Origin: Candidatus Saccharimonadota bacterium | GTDB taxonomy: Bacteria > Patescibacteriota > Saccharimonadia > Saccharimonadales > Saccharimonadaceae | NCBI GenBank assembly: GCA_017514905.1 | Contig: JAFWIK010000001.1 | Location: 1,630-65,629 of the forward strand | Reading direction: 5' to 3' | DNA length: 64,000 nt | Part shown: in pieces, positions 37,122 to 47,177 of the stretch | Position numbering within the stretch: position 1 is the stretch's first letter | How the letters are laid out: every line of letters begins with the position of its first letter | Notes under the pieces: generated by a model | Seen by the model: the letters and a program-made list of their open reading frames with translations, nothing else | Databases searched by the model: none | What the model was told of the DNA's origin: nothing | Translations under genes and position numbers: made by a program

Positions 37122-38393
37122 TTAGTATTCAACCCCACCATAATTCGGCACTGCCGAAATAAAAGTCTGACCCGGTGCTAGTTTAATTTCAGAGCCATCT
37201 TCATCCAGGAATTTAATCTGGTCGTATTTAGTAGTTTTGCTCCAAGTTCCACTAATTACGGTACCATTTTGAAAAACGTATGCCTTACCCGAACCAATTG
37301 TAGTGATAGCTTCGTGATAACCATCCGCTGCTCTTCCCTCTTGCACCATCATGGCGATTACTACTGACGGCGCCATTTGCTTTAATTCACACACATCTTC
37401 TGGATTTTTGTCGCCCAAATTCTCTTCCGGACACACATACACTTCGTGTTTTACGCCGTTAGCATAGCTTCTAAGGTAAGTATTTGTATCCGCATCATAA
37501 TTATAAATTACATTAAAAGTCGCCGAACCGCCAAAGCGCAGCTTAATTTCTGACGCATCTGCCGTCATCTCCGAAGTGTTTCCATCGGCTGGCGCTGTGA
37601 TATCGAAGCTCTTATCACCATGCTCTTTGGCTCTCATTTGGTTAGATTCGTATGGCGTGAGCCGACTAAATCCCTTGAGATCAGACGTAGTATAACCCTT
37701 TGATGTATTAAAATCTTGTAGTTTTTCTGGAGTTGTAAACAAATTATTCCATAGTCTCTCTTTATAAGTACCACGATAAAAATGTGTGGAATCTTCCGTC
37801 ATATCTCTATATCCACCAGATTGTACCGCCGCGAGAGCATCGTCAGCTCCACCCGCATGCACAATTGTACAGTCAAATGGAGTATCCCATTCCAAATAAT
37901 AAGTCCTAAGGGATCGTACTGGCCCGATAATCGCTGAAGTTGGATTCTGATAGATCGCCGCGAACCTCGTGATTCCTGCCTCCGCAATTGCCTCGAAAAT
38001 TACCCCAGCCTGAGTTAGTCCAGCTTGGGGCCGGCCACCGTCAGTGCCATTTGGCGTCTGGATGCAATACACCGGCGCGGTTTTAGCGGTCTCGTCAGCA
38101 ATTTTTTCGCCTGTCAGCAAGCTATACACTCCTTCATCCGTGTTGTTTGACGGAATTTCCGGATATTCCAGTGCTTCACCTGGTGTACTCGGCAAAAGTA
38201 TCGCTAGCACGATCAAACCAGTTCCCACCAAGAAACTCACGATTCCACATATTAAGATCGTCCAGAATTTTTTTGAATCTTTACTCTTTTTTTTCATAGG
38301 CTTTTCTCCATCAGCTTTTTTATCCACGCTTTTCCCCACAAAAGCCTCTTTCAAATCTTCATCTGTGATAGTAATTTTATTTTTTTCGTCCAT
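37122..38393 (-). CDS. DUF3048 (YerB-like) membrane-anchored protein
   Basis: LTGE, RPQAGL, EAGITRF, GPVRSLR and HAGG motifs; N-terminal TM. Confidence 0.85.
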   Translation of the reverse strand: MDEKNKITITDEDLKEAFVGKSVDKKADGEKPMKKKSKDSKKFWTILICGIVSFLVGTGLIVLAILLPSTPGEALEYPEIPSNNTDEGVYSLLTGEKIADETAKTAPVYCIQTPNGTDGGRPQAGLTQAGVIFEAIAEAGITRFAAIYQNPTSAIIGPVRSLRTYYLEWDTPFDCTIVHAGGADDALAAVQSGGYRDMTEDSTHFYRGTYKERLWNNLFTTPEKLQDFNTSKGYTTSDLKGFSRLTPYESNQMRAKEHGDKSFDITAPADGNTSEMTADASEIKLRFGGSATFNVIYNYDADTNTYLRSYANGVKHEVYVCPEENLGDKNPEDVCELKQMAPSVVIAMMVQEGRAADGYHEAITTIGSGKAYVFQNGTVISGTWSKTTKYDQIKFLDEDGSEIKLAPGQTFISAVPNYGGVEY

Positions 38394-38551
38394 ATTTGCT
38401 CCACTTTACATGAGTATTATAACAAAAAAACATAACTTTTTCCAACTTTTTCCACAACTTTTAAAGAAACATAAAAAAAACTAAAAAAAAAGGTCTTTAC
38501 AATTTATTTTTCTTATGCTAAACTAGAGGAAGTAAAAGGTCATACATTAAA

Positions 38552-39589
38552 ATGCAAAATTATTATTTCAATACAAAAAGTCATTTTTTGGGAAAAATTT
38601 TAGGCAGAAACCTAAGGTACTATTTTCCTATTCTGGTGCTGCTAGCGTTCCCATTTATAAATATATCTAAAGCTGAAGCTGAAACATGTACGTCTAGCCC
38701 GTGCAACACGACTTTCCAGGTTAATGTGCGCGAGACTCTTGCAGTGCAGATTAGCACGCCAGGTTCGTGGGCAACTGGTAATGTTAATGAATTTTTGCGC
38801 AACAAGGTCAGCGTAGACGTTTCAACCAATAACGCTAACGGTTTTACTGCTTCTATGCATTCAAACAGCTCCACTGACCTCGTCAATAACGATCTTAGTA
38901 CTGCTACCATTCCCACACTTGCTGGTACTTCCACCCGTGGCAGCTTCCCAACTAACAAATGGGGCTATTCCCTTAGCGCAGCTTCACTAGACGGAAATAC
39001 TTATGGTGAAACCGATGCGGGCAATAATTCGAGCGTTTATCATCCGCTTACTACTAGCACCTCCACTCCGATCAAAATACTTGAAGCTGGTGCTGGCGTA
39101 ACCACAGGCTCACAAAATATTTACTTTGGCGCTAAAGCCGATTCTACTACTCCAGCTGGTACTTACGAAAATACAGTGGTGATCAGTGTAGTAACTGGTA
39201 CTGTCGATAGCAATACGAATCCTATTACTCCATCGAACCCAGCTACACCAAATTCGACTACTAACACTGCAACCTACACGGCTGCCCCTACTGGTCATGC
39301 CACCAGCGGCTCAACTACCTATACTTACACTCGTAGCTCCACCAGCGGTGGCGTGACTACTAACACTACTACCACTGAGATTAGTGAAGGCGACAACACC
39401 AGTAGTTACGTTGGCTACACTCCTCCACAGGGTGTCACCGAACACACCGAAATGAACGTTTCTGGTAATGGCTCTCCTCTCGCGGCTACACTCGCCACCA
39501 CGGCTTCCATCGCCGCAGCCTCCGGACTCCTATTCTTCATCGCTGCTAAGCGCAGAAAAGACGATGACGACGAAGAAGAGGAAGCTTAG
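38552..39589 (+). CDS. Secreted Ser/Thr-rich surface protein with a C-terminal membrane anchor
   Basis: Signal peptide ending AEA, beta-rich domain, Thr-rich stalk, hydrophobic helix and KRRK tail. Confidence 0.8.
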   Translation: MQNYYFNTKSHFLGKILGRNLRYYFPILVLLAFPFINISKAEAETCTSSPCNTTFQVNVRETLAVQISTPGSWATGNVNEFLRNKVSVDVSTNNANGFTASMHSNSSTDLVNNDLSTATIPTLAGTSTRGSFPTNKWGYSLSAASLDGNTYGETDAGNNSSVYHPLTTSTSTPIKILEAGAGVTTGSQNIYFGAKADSTTPAGTYENTVVISVVTGTVDSNTNPITPSNPATPNSTTNTATYTAAPTGHATSGSTTYTYTRSSTSGGVTTNTTTTEISEGDNTSSYVGYTPPQGVTEHTEMNVSGNGSPLAATLATTASIAAASGLLFFIAAKRRKDDDDEEEEA

Positions 39590-39617
39590 AATCTCTTGAT
39601 GTGATATAATAATACTC

Positions 39618-41057
39618 ATGAAAGCTATTACAAGGTTTGCACCTAGCCCTACTGGTTATATTCACATCGGCAATGTCCGCTCTGCAATCTATCCATATCT
39701 TCTTGCCCGTCAGACCAATGGCAAATTTATCCTTCGAATCGAAGATACTGATCGTGAACGCTTTGTTGAAGGAGCCACGGACCTCATTTTAGATACTCTC
39801 AAATGGCTAGGTATCGACTGGAACGAAGGCCCTATCGTCGGTGGTACACATGGTCCGTATTTTCAGAGCGAAAGAAAAGAGCTTTATTTAGAGTGGGCTA
39901 AAAAGTTGATCGCATCCGGTCGTGCTTACGCCGATCCTACTCCTAAAGAGCAAATAGATGCTTACCGCAACGAATGCAATAGCAAAAAAGTTCCGTTTCT
40001 TTACCGAAATTTTCGTCCGACAAATCCTCCGGCATGGCAGCCAGGATTACCTCTTCGGTTCAAAGCTGAACCCAAAGATTATTCTTGGCATGACGAAGTT
40101 ATGGGCGACATGCATGCTGGCCCCGAGACTCAAGACGATATTATTATTATTAAGCAAGACGGTTTTCCGACTTATAATTTTGCTCACATCGTGGACGATG
40201 CCGAAATGGGCGTTACACACGTTATGCGGGGCGTAGAATATCTCTCTAGTACGCCAAATTATCTCGCTCTCTACGAAGCGCTCGGTCTTCAGATGCCATA
40301 CTTTGTTTCCCTGCCCCACATTTTAACTCCTACCGGTAACAAAAAGCTTGGCAAACGTGACGGGGCCAAATCTGTCACCGAGTATCGTGATGATGGTATT
40401 TTGCCAGAAGCTATGCTAAACTATCTTGCTTGTCTCGGCTGGAACGATGGTTCCGAGCAGGAGATTTATACTAAGGATGAGCTAATCAGCAAGTTCTCTC
40501 TGGATCGCATTCAAAGCTCTGGCGCTCGTTACGACGAAACTAAACTCCTCTGGCTTAATGGTCAATGGATTCGCAGACTCTTTACAGAGCAAGGCGTAGA
40601 CACTCTATATGATCGTACTGTAGGATTTTGGCCCGATTCCGCTGCTTCCGCTAGTCCGGAGTACCAAAAACAGGTACTTTCTATTATTTATGATCGCCTC
40701 AAAACCCTGTCGGATCTAAAAACCATGACCGATTATTTCTTTCGCGATCCCGAGATTAATCTAGACCTTCTAATAAACAATAAGTTCCTCAAAAAGCTTT
40801 CCGAGGCTGAACTTGAGTCCCTTTTAAAAGTTACCGTTTCGAAATTAAGCACACTTAACTCTTGGGATGCAGACTCCCTACAAAATACTCTTAATCAGCT
40901 TCTTTCAGAAACCGGCAAAAAACCCGCCGAACTCTTTAGCTTAATTCGCCTGAGCGTCAGCTTTGCTCCGTTTAGTCCAGCACTTAATCTTACTCTAGAA
41001 ACTCTAGGCAAAGAATCTACGATTTTTAGGCTCAATGCTGTAGCGCGCGCCATTTAA
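39618..41057 (+). CDS. gltX: Glutamate--tRNA ligase
   Basis: RFAPSPTG, HIGN, RIEDTD, PTYNFA and KLGKR motifs. Confidence 0.97.
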   Translation: MKAITRFAPSPTGYIHIGNVRSAIYPYLLARQTNGKFILRIEDTDRERFVEGATDLILDTLKWLGIDWNEGPIVGGTHGPYFQSERKELYLEWAKKLIASGRAYADPTPKEQIDAYRNECNSKKVPFLYRNFRPTNPPAWQPGLPLRFKAEPKDYSWHDEVMGDMHAGPETQDDIIIIKQDGFPTYNFAHIVDDAEMGVTHVMRGVEYLSSTPNYLALYEALGLQMPYFVSLPHILTPTGNKKLGKRDGAKSVTEYRDDGILPEAMLNYLACLGWNDGSEQEIYTKDELISKFSLDRIQSSGARYDETKLLWLNGQWIRRLFTEQGVDTLYDRTVGFWPDSAASASPEYQKQVLSIIYDRLKTLSDLKTMTDYFFRDPEINLDLLINNKFLKKLSEAELESLLKVTVSKLSTLNSWDADSLQNTLNQLLSETGKKPAELFSLIRLSVSFAPFSPALNLTLETLGKESTIFRLNAVARAI

Positions 41058-41093
41058 ATCTGTACTACCAAAAAGCACAAATTGCATTATTGT

Positions 41094-41933
41094 TTATAGT
41101 GAAACTGCAATCGAACGAATTTGTTTATTGGTGAGTGAACCGGATGAAATATTGAGCTTATAGACTATGCCGCCATTCACCCAAGCTGCGCCCTGATCAC
41201 CAATATAAAGAGTTAATCCTTGCTCTCTTACAATGGAATAATTGTCTTTATATTCCGGTTGGACATAATTTCGCATTAAAGCGTTTGAGTCCCACGACGA
41301 AGACTCTTCTACTAACGAAAAAGCCTCATCTGTCTTAGAATTTTTAAAATTCAGAGTAATCTTGCCATTTTCCGAAGTGATACTAGACACGCTGTAGTCT
41401 CTCGGCACGTAACTCGGATAAGATGCACTAATGCCAGTCTGCATGGCAGCGACTTTCAAAGAAATATCTGGCATATTAAGATTTACAAAATATACAATTG
41501 CAAAAACTACTACCGCTGCGCAGGACATAGCTAGCACCAGTCGTCCAAAGCCGAATTGCATTTTAGCCTTAGATTTCATCTTTGGTTGCTCTTCTTCAGT
41601 TACAGAAGCTGCTGCCAAGGCTTTTTTGATAGCTCGGTCTTTTAGCTCTTTTGCGCTCACCTTAGGTGTACTTACCTGGACTTCTTGTTTCTCTTCGCGC
41701 ATTCTCTTATTCGCGGCGGCCTGCATTGGATGCACCATTACCTGCTCGGGAGCTTTTTCTTCCGTTTGAATTTGCTGAGTATTAAAATGCGTCACTTTGC
41801 GGCTCTTTTTGATTGGTACTGTCACATCTGTGCTTCTACTAGGACGACGCACGTATTTGCGATTCAAAGTCGTAGAAGTCTTAGGCCGACGATGTACTCT
41901 CGTAACCGGAACCTCATTTTCTGATTTTTGCAT
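41094..41933 (-). CDS. Single-pass membrane hypothetical protein
   Basis: Basic disordered N-terminus, TM helix, YPSYVP..Y C-terminal domain. Confidence 0.75.
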   Translation of the reverse strand: MQKSENEVPVTRVHRRPKTSTTLNRKYVRRPSRSTDVTVPIKKSRKVTHFNTQQIQTEEKAPEQVMVHPMQAAANKRMREEKQEVQVSTPKVSAKELKDRAIKKALAAASVTEEEQPKMKSKAKMQFGFGRLVLAMSCAAVVVFAIVYFVNLNMPDISLKVAAMQTGISASYPSYVPRDYSVSSITSENGKITLNFKNSKTDEAFSLVEESSSWDSNALMRNYVQPEYKDNYSIVREQGLTLYIGDQGAAWVNGGIVYKLNISSGSLTNKQIRSIAVSL

Positions 41934-42027
41934 TTTATACCTCGCTTATTCTATATCTATCATACACGTTTCGTTCTAAAAACGCAAGAGCTAATTTTTA
42001 TCAAAATTATGGTATAATATGTTTCAT

Positions 42028-43470
42028 ATGGATGCAGAAAAAAAACAGCGTCTTCAAAGCCTCAAAGTCATTATTTCGGAAACATTTATGGTTCTAGCCG
42101 TCATCATTTCGGTTGCTGTGCTAGCTCTAATCGTTTCTGGTTATTGGATTGGCTCAGGCTTCAAAGTTGAGCGTCAGGGAATGCTACAGATCTCTTCAAT
42201 GCCCACAGGGGCTGACGTCAGTATCGACGGCGACTCGTCTTGGCTGCAACGTACCAATACTTCAAAAGTCTTGCTTAGCGGCGAGCATAACATTGTCTTG
42301 ACTAAAGAAGGTTACGACTCTTGGTCTAAAACCATTAATATTCAAGAAGGCCTGCTATATAGGTTACATTATCCGCGACTTTTTTTAAAAGATCGTACTC
42401 CTAAAAAGCTTGCTAGCTTCGATGGTGCCACAGCGACTTTTATTTCACCAGACAGTAGTGCACTACTTATTACTAATAAAACTACTAAATGGGAGCTTTT
42501 GAATTTGCGCGAAGAATCACTCTCCTCTAAGACAATCGATATCTCTAAAGTGTTTTCTACTGTCAGCTTAGCCGACAATGCCAAAGAAGGCTTATTTACG
42601 GGCAAAATCGTTGATGCCAATTGGGACTTAGATGCTTCGCATCTCCTTTTCGAAGTAAAAACTGCTGAAGACAAACTCGAGTGGGTGCTTTTAGACATTA
42701 AAAATCCTGACCGTAGTTTTAATCTAACCAAAGAGTTTGGCGGTGAATTTAGCGCTATACAGATACTGGATAATTCTTCTAATAATCTCATGGCAATTCA
42801 AAATCACAGTCTCAAAAAAATAGACGTCCCCGGCCGTTCGATCTCAACCGTCCTTGCTAAAAACATTATAAGCTTTGACCATTATCATAATGAAATTATT
42901 TTCACTGCTAAAACCGAATCGAATGAATCAGATGTGTCCGAGGATTCGGAAGAGTCGGACCAGCCTTATTACGTTGGGCACTTTAAGCTAAGCGACGATA
43001 ACGTCAAGGAGCTTTTCTTCACTGCTTCAGCAGCTAAGGCCACCATTAGTCAATTTTATGACCAAAAATACTGTACTGTACTAGAAGGCAGCGAGGTAAG
43101 AGTTTACACGTTTGACGATCTCAAAGAATACGCTAAATATAATCTTAGCTTTGAGCCAGAGCAAATCAAAGTCGGTCACGACGGTGAGTTCATTATCATG
43201 AATAGCGGCTCTCAAATTGCTTCTCTCGATATGGAAGCAAATGCCGTGCGCGAATGGCAAACTGCTGGCAAAGCCTTTTCTTGGTTTGATTTTGATATGA
43301 TCTATTCCGTCAAAGACGGCGAACTTTTTGTTTATGACTTTGATGGTCTGAATGATAGATCCTTAGCGACAAACGTCTCGGATCATTTTTCTGTGGGTGT
43401 CACAGATAATAAATGGTTGTATTATTTTAGCGACAACCATTTAATGCGTGAATGGATTGTAGAGCACTAA
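42028..43470 (+). CDS. PEGA-domain membrane protein with a beta-rich C-terminus
   Basis: TM helix, then G.LQISS.P.GADV.IDG...GEHNIVLTKEGY..W; start could be 42019. Confidence 0.8.
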   Translation: MDAEKKQRLQSLKVIISETFMVLAVIISVAVLALIVSGYWIGSGFKVERQGMLQISSMPTGADVSIDGDSSWLQRTNTSKVLLSGEHNIVLTKEGYDSWSKTINIQEGLLYRLHYPRLFLKDRTPKKLASFDGATATFISPDSSALLITNKTTKWELLNLREESLSSKTIDISKVFSTVSLADNAKEGLFTGKIVDANWDLDASHLLFEVKTAEDKLEWVLLDIKNPDRSFNLTKEFGGEFSAIQILDNSSNNLMAIQNHSLKKIDVPGRSISTVLAKNIISFDHYHNEIIFTAKTESNESDVSEDSEESDQPYYVGHFKLSDDNVKELFFTASAAKATISQFYDQKYCTVLEGSEVRVYTFDDLKEYAKYNLSFEPEQIKVGHDGEFIIMNSGSQIASLDMEANAVREWQTAGKAFSWFDFDMIYSVKDGELFVYDFDGLNDRSLATNVSDHFSVGVTDNKWLYYFSDNHLMREWIVEH

Positions 43471-43473
43471 GTT

Positions 43474-44667
43474 CTAATTACCGGTCAAGAAATTCCAGAT
43501 TCCTTCAAAGAAGGAAGGTTCATTAGATGGTAAAGCTTCTGTTTGATCACTCGGAGTATATTGTTCTGCCTCCTCAGCTCCTTCGTAGCTTGGCGAGATT
43601 TGTTCGCCCGTAACTAATAGGCGGTATCTAGAGGTTCCAAGCGGTGTGCAAGTTACGAGTGTCAAAAGCGGTTTATCGGTATTGACAACTAGCGCCGCCA
43701 CGTTTGACGGCTCCACTACTTCCTTTTTGATCACCCTATAGGTATATCTAACCGAGTTGTAATTAATGTACATCAAATCTCCGTCTTCTAGCCGCTCCAG
43801 ACCTGAAAAGATATATTTATAAGGGTTAGAACTATAAATATCTCCAGCCGAATGTCCAGTAATTACTACATTGCCGATTTCCCCCGGATATGCGCTAGCG
43901 CCGGCAATGCGGTAGTGCGCTACACCGTTATTCATCGCTGGCATCACTTCAGACAAAGAAATACCAAAATGGATTGGCACATCCACATTGAGCTTTGGAA
44001 TAATCAGTCGCGGTTCTGCCGAAACGGCTTGTGTAATGGTTGGGTCAATCGCTTCAATTTCCGAAGCCGGGGCGTTCCCTGGTGAAACATATGCCATAAT
44101 TGGTGCAAAGATCAGCCGATTATACTGTAAGAATAGAATCAAAAGTACTACCACTGCACCAGCAATAATTGGCATCAAGTGGCGTTTTCGATGTGTTTTT
44201 TTTGCGCTTTCGGTTGCCTGCTTGCGAATTTTGCGTCGCAGTTTGTCCTTAATACTATCCGTTCCGTCATCTTCGGGAGTAGTTTCAGTACCAAGCGACA
44301 AACCAGTTTTTCCTTCGACTTTGGCACTCGAGCGTGTGAGCGAGCTGAGGATTTCTTCTTCTTCAGCCTTTTCCCTAGCATCCTTTAGGCGCTCCTTGGC
44401 GATATAATCTTGTGCGGCCTTAGAATAATAATCGCTATAGTATTTCTGATAATAGTTTTGCCAAGCTGAATGGTATTTTTTCCAAGATTCCGAATTAATT
44501 TTAGACGTGATTGGCTCATCCTTAAGGCGAGAGCCATTATTGTCTGAATTGCTTGCCGCTTTTTTAGCGGCATCAGCATAGGCTGCTAAAACCTTTCGCC
44601 TAGCTATTGCCGCTGCTGCTTGCCTCTGCAAGTCACTCGAAGACTGCCCACCGTCTTTAGAATCCAT
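43474..44667 (-). CDS. Sortase with a long N-terminal extension
   Basis: GVAHY, ITGHS, LTLVTCTP and RYRLLV motifs (His-Cys-Arg triad). Confidence 0.92.
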   Translation of the reverse strand: MDSKDGGQSSSDLQRQAAAAIARRKVLAAYADAAKKAASNSDNNGSRLKDEPITSKINSESWKKYHSAWQNYYQKYYSDYYSKAAQDYIAKERLKDAREKAEEEEILSSLTRSSAKVEGKTGLSLGTETTPEDDGTDSIKDKLRRKIRKQATESAKKTHRKRHLMPIIAGAVVVLLILFLQYNRLIFAPIMAYVSPGNAPASEIEAIDPTITQAVSAEPRLIIPKLNVDVPIHFGISLSEVMPAMNNGVAHYRIAGASAYPGEIGNVVITGHSAGDIYSSNPYKYIFSGLERLEDGDLMYINYNSVRYTYRVIKKEVVEPSNVAALVVNTDKPLLTLVTCTPLGTSRYRLLVTGEQISPSYEGAEEAEQYTPSDQTEALPSNEPSFFEGIWNFLTGN

Positions 44668-44716
44668 GGATTTATTATAGCATAATTCTCTGATTTATGG
44701 TAAAATATACTGGCAT

Positions 44717-44803
44717 GGGCGATTGGCGGAACTGGTAGACGCGGTAGACTCAAAATCTGCTGGTAGCAATACCGTGTGGGTTCAAGTCCCACATTGCCCA
44801 CCA
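44717..44803 (+). tRNA. tRNA-Leu (CAA)
   Basis: Acceptor GGGCGAT/ATTGCCC, CT-CAA-AA loop, long variable arm, GTTCAAG, ACCA. Confidence 0.97.
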
Positions 44804-44963
44804 AAATAAAACACTCTTGACGTCATGTCAAGATTTTTTTACGTATACTTTCAGATTGAATATCTTGACAAAATAATAATTTATGTTAAAATAGTAATAA
44901 GTGTTATTACAAGTACGTTAAAAAGGAGCTTAGTTTTCTGATGGAGAGATGAGGAGGTATATT

Positions 44964-45971
44964 ATGAGTGAATTAGACAAAGTTGTTTACTGTGATGCAT
45001 TGCGAGTTTTTATTGATACTTTGGTAAAAAAAGGCGGCCTATCGTCAGAAAAAGCGGCGAGGTGGATGAATGATGCTCTAGGCGTCGGCGACGAAATTGA
45101 TTTTATGGACACAAGCGCTTTTCGTGAGTATCAGGCATGGATTTTTAAAGATATCTTTTCTGATCATGCCGACGAATGGGAGCAACTTGGAATCAACACC
45201 TCTAGGTATGTTGTTGCTTATATTGATAGCAATGAAGAGCATTACTACTTACCGGAGTATTTTGTCGATTTTGACAAGTTACCAGAGGGTATAACCGCGA
45301 ATCAATTCCTAAAATCTTTCACGATGAAGGAAATTTTTGGCTATCTCGAAGATCAGAGCTGTTGGGGGAGCGATCTCCCGCTTGCTCAGTATGGATGTAG
45401 ATCGGCTGCAGGTGTTTTCGTTAGAGAATTTCTTACACACGGTGGCAGTTTCAACCTGCTTCTGCAAAAATTCACTGACGAAATTGGCAACTATGCAGAT
45501 TGTGCTATTCAATACAGGATCTATGTTCCGATGGCGATTGACCTCAAAGATGCTGGTCTTCTAGTAGATTTGACTGCTGTAGCTACTAGCCTAGATTCGC
45601 CGTTGTTCTTGGGATATCACAGACTATATGACAATCGTCGCTACGTAATGGATACATTCGATCTGATGGAAGCCGGTGCGGAAGTTGATTTAAAAAAACT
45701 AGCCACCAAGGTCAAAAAGGCTAAAGCTAGCAAAAAAATCAACTACGACGAGTATCTAAAACTGATGCAGCAGCTATTTGAATTTGGCTACGACACAGAC
45801 TTTACTAAATTCGCTAAATCAATCTTAAAAGACTTAGCTGAGACCAAAGCCTTTAAGCATCAGTTTGTGGCAAATTGTGGCCACATAGAATTACTCAATA
45901 TCCTAGAAGATCGCCAGGCTAAACCTGAGATTTTGGATGAGCTCCGCCAAAGAATTGGTGTTAAGTATTAA
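44964..45971 (+). CDS. Hypothetical helical protein, tandem paralog 1
   Basis: SD GAGGAGG; shares VYCD, DIF.DHA..W..G, KLP.GITA.QFL, AIDLK.AG and EAGA.VDL.KLAT with the next gene. Confidence 0.8.
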   Translation: MSELDKVVYCDALRVFIDTLVKKGGLSSEKAARWMNDALGVGDEIDFMDTSAFREYQAWIFKDIFSDHADEWEQLGINTSRYVVAYIDSNEEHYYLPEYFVDFDKLPEGITANQFLKSFTMKEIFGYLEDQSCWGSDLPLAQYGCRSAAGVFVREFLTHGGSFNLLLQKFTDEIGNYADCAIQYRIYVPMAIDLKDAGLLVDLTAVATSLDSPLFLGYHRLYDNRRYVMDTFDLMEAGAEVDLKKLATKVKKAKASKKINYDEYLKLMQQLFEFGYDTDFTKFAKSILKDLAETKAFKHQFVANCGHIELLNILEDRQAKPEILDELRQRIGVKY

Positions 45972-46134
45972 ACGCCAACAAGCTAAAACCCCTGGTCCCA
46001 GGGGCTTTTTTAGGTCCGTTCAAATAATTCCCAAACCTTGATTTTATCTCTATTTGTGCTATCATAAACTGAGGTGTTTTTTTATTTGTTCTTTAAAAAT
46101 AGAGTTCGCGATGTGTTTTAGAGGAGGTATTGCG

Positions 46135-47115
46135 ATGGAAGAAGAAAAGGCAGTTTATTGCGATGGAGTAAGACAATATTATTCGTTGCAGCGGCAAAAA
46201 TATGAATTATTGTCAGTGAAAAGGCTGAATACAGAAATCCGAAATCTATTAAAAGATGAGGGGTCGACAAAGAATGGCTCTAGCTATAGAACATGGCTGC
46301 TCGAGGATATTTTTGTTGATCACGCCTATGATTGGCAAAGAATTGGGCTAGACACTTCTGAATTCATCTTGGATTATCTTAACAACGATGAGGAAAAATT
46401 TCTGGGTGAGTACCTGGTAAATTTTAAAAAACTACCAAAAGGCATCACGGCCGATCAGTTTTTAGAAGCCTTGTCGTTTGATTTAATTTTCGACGAACTA
46501 GAGGGCTTAGATTATTGGCAAAAAAACGGTTATATCGAATATCGCGACCATCCCGGTTGCAATACTTTGATGGGTATTTTTCTAGCTGAATTTAAAGAAG
46601 CCGGTGGCAACATGAACTTACTTTCGCAAGAATTTATGGAGGAGAAAAACGGCCATTTTAGAGCGAGAGGTTTTCGTCCAGGTTATTACGTTGGAGCTGC
46701 TATTGATTTAAAAAACGCTGGCGTCCCAGTCGATTTGGATGAAGTCGTTAGTAACCTAGAAGATATGGCTTGCTTTAACGGCGGTAGATCATGCAATATC
46801 TGGGCTTTAGTAGGTGAAATGCTGGAGTTGAAAGAAGCTGGTGCCCAAGTTGATTTAGACAAGCTGGCTACTCGTGTTAAGAGGAGAAAAACCTCGATGA
46901 GCTATGACGGCTATCTGACTCTAATGGAGGAACTAATCGAAGCAGGGTTAGAAATTGACTCTACACGTTTTGCTAAAACAATCTTGACCGATTTGTCGAA
47001 GCCCAAGAGCTTTCGCAATACCATTAGGCATGATCATTCAAAATTGATCCAGTTCTTAGCAAATCGTGGCTTAAAAAACGATTATATTGAAAAACTCTAT
47101 TTAAAGTTATACTAA
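46135..47115 (+). CDS. Hypothetical helical protein, tandem paralog 2
   Basis: SD GAGGAGG before MEEEK; same motifs as paralog 1. Confidence 0.8.
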   Translation: MEEEKAVYCDGVRQYYSLQRQKYELLSVKRLNTEIRNLLKDEGSTKNGSSYRTWLLEDIFVDHAYDWQRIGLDTSEFILDYLNNDEEKFLGEYLVNFKKLPKGITADQFLEALSFDLIFDELEGLDYWQKNGYIEYRDHPGCNTLMGIFLAEFKEAGGNMNLLSQEFMEEKNGHFRARGFRPGYYVGAAIDLKNAGVPVDLDEVVSNLEDMACFNGGRSCNIWALVGEMLELKEAGAQVDLDKLATRVKRRKTSMSYDGYLTLMEELIEAGLEIDSTRFAKTILTDLSKPKSFRNTIRHDHSKLIQFLANRGLKNDYIEKLYLKLY

Positions 47116-47129
47116 ACACCGAGCACCTT

Positions 47130-47159
47130 AAATCCCCCAGATTTTTCTGGGGGATTTTT
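47130..47159. terminator. Bidirectional intrinsic terminator between paralog 2 and metK
   Basis: AAATCCCCCAGA-TTT-TCTGGGGGATTT. Confidence 0.8.
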
Positions 47160-47177
47160 CTAGTTTATAGCACCTGA

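Noticed and set aside
44604-44804. 66-aa ORF
   Set aside because: Shadow ORF antisense to tRNA-Leu.
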